DNA from: Octopus vulgaris
Lineage: Eukaryota
Direction of reading: 5' to 3'
Assembly: GCA_951406725.2 (NCBI GenBank)
Contig: OX597820.1
Location: 62,930,001 to 62,994,000 of the forward strand
Length of the DNA: 64,000 nucleotides
Shown: positions 62,135 to 64,000 of the stretch, one piece after another
Layout of the letters: each line of letters begins with the position of its first letter
Numbering within the stretch: position 1 is the first letter of the stretch
The notes under the pieces: model-generated
Databases searched by the model: none
What the model was told of the DNA's origin: nothing
Seen by the model: only the letters and a program-made list of their open reading frames with translations
Translations under genes and position numbers: made by a program

Positions 62135-62290
62135 TGAACACCCCAGTGCGTAACTGGTACATGTATTATCGACCTCAAAAGGATGAAGAGCAAGCTCGAA
62201 ATCGGCGGCATTTTAAGTGAGAGTGTAAAGACAGGCGAAATTAATAGAAGCGCCCAAAATACAGTGACGAAAACAAAGCGACACCGCTTG
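62135..62290 (-). mobile_element. SINE family D, degenerate
   Basis: ccccagtgcgtaactggtac...atcgacc...aaggatgaa matches 38810-38870. Confidence 0.6.
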
Positions 62291-62827
62291 TGAAGTGGTG
62301 TGTGTGTGGAAGGGGACATGGCCATAAGCATACATGCACACAATACACACATATGTGCATGCATACATACATATATACACGTAGTCATAGAGACACACAT
62401 CGCGCGAGCACACACAGACACACACACAGACTCGAGCTACAAATTTTGCAGCCTGAGTTTCTCAGGTTACTCGAATGCTGACGTTGTCACGCTTCCGTTA
62501 GGGGCCTGTAAACCTTGAGGTAGCAAGGAAACGAATAAAAATGGTTTGAATAACGTATATATATGTATAGGACAAACTTCCAGATAGTTTCTGTTCTCCA
62601 AGGCATTGGTCGGCTTGGGGCTATACTAGAAGGTATTCCCATCAGCACTTCTCAAAGTTATTCTTTATCTTGCAACAAATTGAGGTGCTTATCATTGTAT
62701 GTGTTAACGTGTTCACCTCTATGTGAACGAGAGAAGCGAAAGGTTATATTTCTTCCAGGCCTCTGAATATACTGGAATTAGCAGCTAAATCGCTACTCTA
62801 ATCTGGTTCTGACAGAAAAAACAAATA

Positions 62828-63215
62828 GAGTAGCTGTGTGGTACGTGGCTTGTTTACCAACCACATGGTTCTGGGTCAGTGCCACTGCGTAGTACCATGG
62901 GAAACTGTCTTCTACTATAGCCTCGGCCCGACTAAAGAATTGCAATTGGATTTGGTAGAGGGGAAACTGAAAGAAGCCCGTCGTATATATGTATATATGT
63001 ATGTATGTGTATTTATATGTTTGTCCCCCCAACATCGCTTGACAACAGACGGTGGTGTGTTTACGCCCCCGTAACTTAGCGGTTAGGGAAAAGAGACTGA
63101 TAGAATAAGTACTAGGCTTACAAAGAATAAGTTCTGGGGTCGATGTGTTCGACTAAAGGCGGTACTCCAGTATGGCCGCAGCCAAATGACTGAAACAAGT
63201 AAAAGAATAATTAAA
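62828..63215 (+). mobile_element. SINE family A, full length
   Basis: Homologous to 1325-1733. Confidence 0.88.
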
Positions 63216-64000
63216 AAAATAAAAGTATATTTTTGTTAGTATGCAATTTAGAAAGCATAGGCGGTATGTCAAAAGAGTTTCCATATTAATTTTCGTTATA
63301 GGTTTCTTTGAACGAGAAAGGCATGAGACTAAACAGCGACATACAGAGGGAGTGTGTATCTCCCCTTGTTGTTGAATCCCATAAGGAGTCGAAATTTGAA
63401 CGAAAACCGTACTATCTGTGATTTCATTAATATTTGACTCCTACAAATTTAAGACTCCTACAAACTGAAATGTTGTAATTTTTTCTTTCATATCCATGAA
63501 TGTAGTCTATGGTTTCTTTATCTCGATGTTATTTTCCTGGCGTACATAAAGTTTACAATCGCGAGCGTTGCTATCGAATGTACGGTACAAATGTCGTAGA
63601 GTGAATTTTGTTTATTGACTGCACGGACCGTTTGAAATATGAATGACTGATAACCTGAGAACCAATTTGAAAAAATTTAATGTACGAAGTCGCGAATTCA
63701 ATGATTGTACAGTGTATATCGTTATTACGAATATCTCTCTTTTACGTACCAGCTATTCTCGGCGTATGTTTCTATATCTGTTATTCTTAAATTTTCACTG
63801 CTGAATGTAGGGTTTATGTTGATCATATTTAAGACTTGAAAGTTTACGTGGTGGATCAGTGCAACTTTTCATACTATTACTGTGATTTCAGGAACTTCCC
63901 ATTTGTATATCATTCTTCCTTGAAATCATTCACACTCTTGTGGATGTTATTTGGATAGCGGTTGCATTGAGCATACATGCTTCGCTTGTATTTCTGCATA

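Noticed and set aside
63260-64000. Possible decayed transposase (MULE-like) on the minus strand
   Set aside because: Only a vague resemblance, with multiple stops; not supportable without a search

Overview
AT-rich animal (eukaryotic) genomic DNA, probably intronic or intergenic. The very high (TA)n/(CA)n/(TAA)n/(TATC)n microsatellite density and the tRNA-derived SINE types suggest a cephalopod (Octopus-like) genome; this is inference. No intact protein-coding gene is recognisable, and nearly all listed ORFs are microsatellite artefacts. The window holds at least four tRNA-head SINE families (labelled A-D here) and R4/Dong-like RLE non-LTR retrotransposons sitting in (TAA)n. It also holds a Penelope-like GIY-YIG element, a CR1-type LINE fragment, two Tc1/mariner fossils, a mini-MITE and Helentron-like non-autonomous elements. 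The most notable signals are hammerhead-ribozyme-like motifs linked to Penelope-like repeats (one canonical core, one recurrent CUGUUGA variant, one at the apex of a ~300 bp fold-back), SINE head/tail shuffling, nested insertions into a SINE-internal microsatellite, a young inverted LINE pair, and candidate micro-exons. All coordinates were read by eye and may be off by a few bases.
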